Source: an uncultured candidatus Porisulfidus sp.
GTDB taxonomy: Bacteria > Pseudomonadota > Gammaproteobacteria > Poriferisulfidales > Oxydemutatoraceae
DNA length: 64,000 bases
Direction: 5' to 3'
Assembly: GCA_965215125.1 (NCBI GenBank)
Contig: OZ244052.1
Location: 1,728,001-1,792,000 of the forward strand
Part shown: piece after piece, positions 62,404 to 64,000 of the stretch
How the letters are laid out: every line of letters begins with the position of its first letter
Position numbering within the stretch: the stretch's first letter is position 1
Program-made: the position numbers and the translations under genes
The notes under the pieces: model-generated
What the model was told of the DNA's origin: nothing
The model's database searches: none
The model's input: the letters and a program-made list of their open reading frames with translations, nothing else

Positions 62404-63189
62404 TTAAATTTCAAATTCCAGTCCTATTCCGCCCCATGTTTGATCGTCTCCACCTTCGCGACGGACATTTTCCTCGGCGAAGGAATGTGTACCGTACATT
62501 TTCAAGCTAACCGAATCGTTCAACGGTACGCTCACTGCTAAACCAACCGCTATATGGTTTAGCCCGTCGTACTCTTCCGATACATAACCGAAATCAATAA
62601 GAGCTGCTACATAAGGCTCTATGCTGAAGTGTTCCATTTCTATTTCTTTTGCTAATTCAACTTCAAATGCACCGCCGTCCACTTCGGCAGAATATATATA
62701 AGCTATTTCCGGTGTAATTTCCCACGGTAGACATTCGCAAGCGAGGCTTAGCACAAACTCGTGATCTTCGTTTTCTTCCTCTTCGTGCCCGTTCCCGTTT
62801 TCTTCTTCCTCTTCATCTTCCTCCTCGTGTATCCAAGTGTAACTAAATTCCAAGCTGAAGTCTTCCCATTCCCAAGCCTTGCCTATGAATAAATTGGATT
62901 CGGTAAAATCTTGCGTTTCCGCAATTACCCATTCGCCACCGACAAAGAAACTTGGTATTTCAAAGTTTCCTATATGTATTCCTTCAAGTTCAAAAACAAA
63001 TTCCGGCGTAAATATACTGTCGCCCGGTATTTCATTCAGACCGTCTTCTACAAATTTATTGTGGTATGAGAAAGCAACCTCACCAGAGACTTTGCTCTCA
63101 TGCTCACCTGCGTGAGCAGATGGAATAGAAAGCATTAGCAGTATGCTAAGACTTAGCAAATAGAGTGCTTTTTTATTGAAATAGTGCAT
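62404..63189 (-). CDS. Exported, probably outer-membrane beta-barrel protein with His/Glu-rich loop
   Basis: Signal peptide (..SAHA); amphipathic beta-strand pattern; loop HEEEDEEEEENGNGHEEEENEDHE; SD AGGAG. Confidence 0.7.
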   Translation of the reverse strand: MHYFNKKALYLLSLSILLMLSIPSAHAGEHESKVSGEVAFSYHNKFVEDGLNEIPGDSIFTPEFVFELEGIHIGNFEIPSFFVGGEWVIAETQDFTESNLFIGKAWEWEDFSLEFSYTWIHEEEDEEEEENGNGHEEEENEDHEFVLSLACECLPWEITPEIAYIYSAEVDGGAFEVELAKEIEMEHFSIEPYVAALIDFGYVSEEYDGLNHIAVGLAVSVPLNDSVSLKMYGTHSFAEENVRREGGDDQTWGGIGLEFEI

Positions 63190-63210
63190 TTTTATCTCCT
63201 ATATGTTACA

Positions 63211-63231
63211 TTATGTTATGATATAACATAA
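63211..63231. promoter_or_regulatory. Zur-type operator
   Basis: Perfect 9-3-9 inverted repeat TTATGTTAT-GAT-ATAACATAA matching the proteobacterial Zur core ATGTTATnnnATAACAT; about 20 bp upstream of the ATG. Confidence 0.72.
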
Positions 63232-63311
63232 CTAAAATCGGAGAGTATATACGATTGTACGGAAACATGCAAGGGGTATTTCTATCGTTGTCAGCGCAAA
63301 ATAATAATGTA

Positions 63312-63591
63312 GGGCTGTTGAAAAAATACCGTTTTGCATAACTGCAATCGCTTTGCGCCACCCGATGATGGTTTCCATATTTGACAACCACCCCATGGAA
63401 AGGCTTTACATTTTGTACTACGTACTAAGATTCTGCACAACGTTACGCCGATTAACCTACTGGCTTAATCGGCGGTTCTATTACGCCTGCCACCCCTCCG
63501 AAGGAAGGGAATGGTCCGACCTACATTCCAATGTTAAGGTTCTGCACAATGTCACGCCGATTGACCTACTGGCTCAATCGGCGGTTCTATT
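63312..63591. repeat. Mosaic repeat (E, degenerate A, B, D, B)
   Basis: GGGCTGTTGAAAAAATA; two reverse B copies (63425-63482, 63533-63591) flanking CGCCTGCCACCCCTCCGAAGGAAGGGAAT. Confidence 0.85.
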
Positions 63592-63638
63592 TGTTATAAT
63601 CATCATTTTTATTTCGGACATAAAGCAAATTTAACAAA

Positions 63639-64000
63639 ATGAATATAGGCATTATAGGCTATGGCACGGTTGGTAAAGCGGTTGCCGGGGGATTTGAGAA
63701 AAAGGCACAGCTATATATATACGACCCGCTTTATCCTGCCGATAGCGGCGAGGGATTTTGCAACTCGATTGCAGAAGTTTATCGTGCTTGCGAGTTTAGT
63801 TTTATTTGCGTTCCTACTCCCCAAAAACTAAAAAAGCCCGATGATGTCTATGGAGAATTTGATTCAACCATATTAGACGGCTGCATGAAAGCGATAGCGG
63901 AAGAGAAATCTTCGGGTTCTAAAATTGTTGTGATTGCAAGCACCGTTTTACCTTCTAAAGTAAAGGAATATCTTGCATCGTGGCCGAACATGAATATTGT
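63639..64000 (+). CDS. UDP-glucose/GDP-mannose dehydrogenase family protein (3'-partial)
   Basis: Translated by hand: MNIGIIGYGTVG..YDP..FICVPTP..IASTVLP; runs off the window. Confidence 0.82.
   Translation, partial: MNIGIIGYGTVGKAVAGGFEKKAQLYIYDPLYPADSGEGFCNSIAEVYRACEFSFICVPTPQKLKKPDDVYGEFDSTILDGCMKAIAEEKSSGSKIVVIASTVLPSKVKEYLASWPNMNI

Noticed and set aside
62193-62414. 73-aa ORF downstream of the putative porin
   Set aside because: It runs through repeat modules and has no recognisable protein features.
63312-63591. Possible CRISPR array (two B repeats with a spacer)
   Set aside because: Only two ~58-bp copies; the intervening DNA is itself repeat module D; no cas genes; other copies are dispersed.

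Overview
Chromosomal segment of a gammaproteobacterium, probably a marine sulfide oxidiser (inferred from fccAB, a NapC-type cytochrome and a CbbO-like protein). It is mostly housekeeping genes: csiV-mfd, ccmA-I, lolE/D, a TonB2/3-type operon, tRNA-Arg, ribE-ftsB-ispDF-yoaA-tsaB, carAB, metY, moeB and pcnB-folK-dnk-panBC. Accessory genes are a large GLUG/cadherin-like surface protein, an sxtJ/K/I-like carbamoyltransferase cassette, a two-gene insert that splits the ccm operon, an N4/N6-MTase + HNH restriction-modification pair and an intact IS481. The most notable observations are: (1) a system of modular, nested intergenic repeats at about nine loci, with a compensatory hairpin change and one copy that supplies the stop codons of lolD and tonB; (2) a cytoplasmic molybdopterin oxidoreductase paired with an FNR that carries a C-terminal 2x[4Fe-4S] domain, bracketed by ~60-bp inverted copies of those repeats; (3) an unlinked rRNA unit (tRNA-Ile, tRNA-Ala, 23S) with no 16S upstream and no 5S downstream; (4) a His/Glu-rich exported protein preceded by a Zur-type box; (5) a ThDP enzyme + aldehyde dehydrogenase pair resembling the cyanobacterial 2-oxoglutarate decarboxylase shunt. 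All calls come from reading the sequence and motifs by eye; no searches were run.
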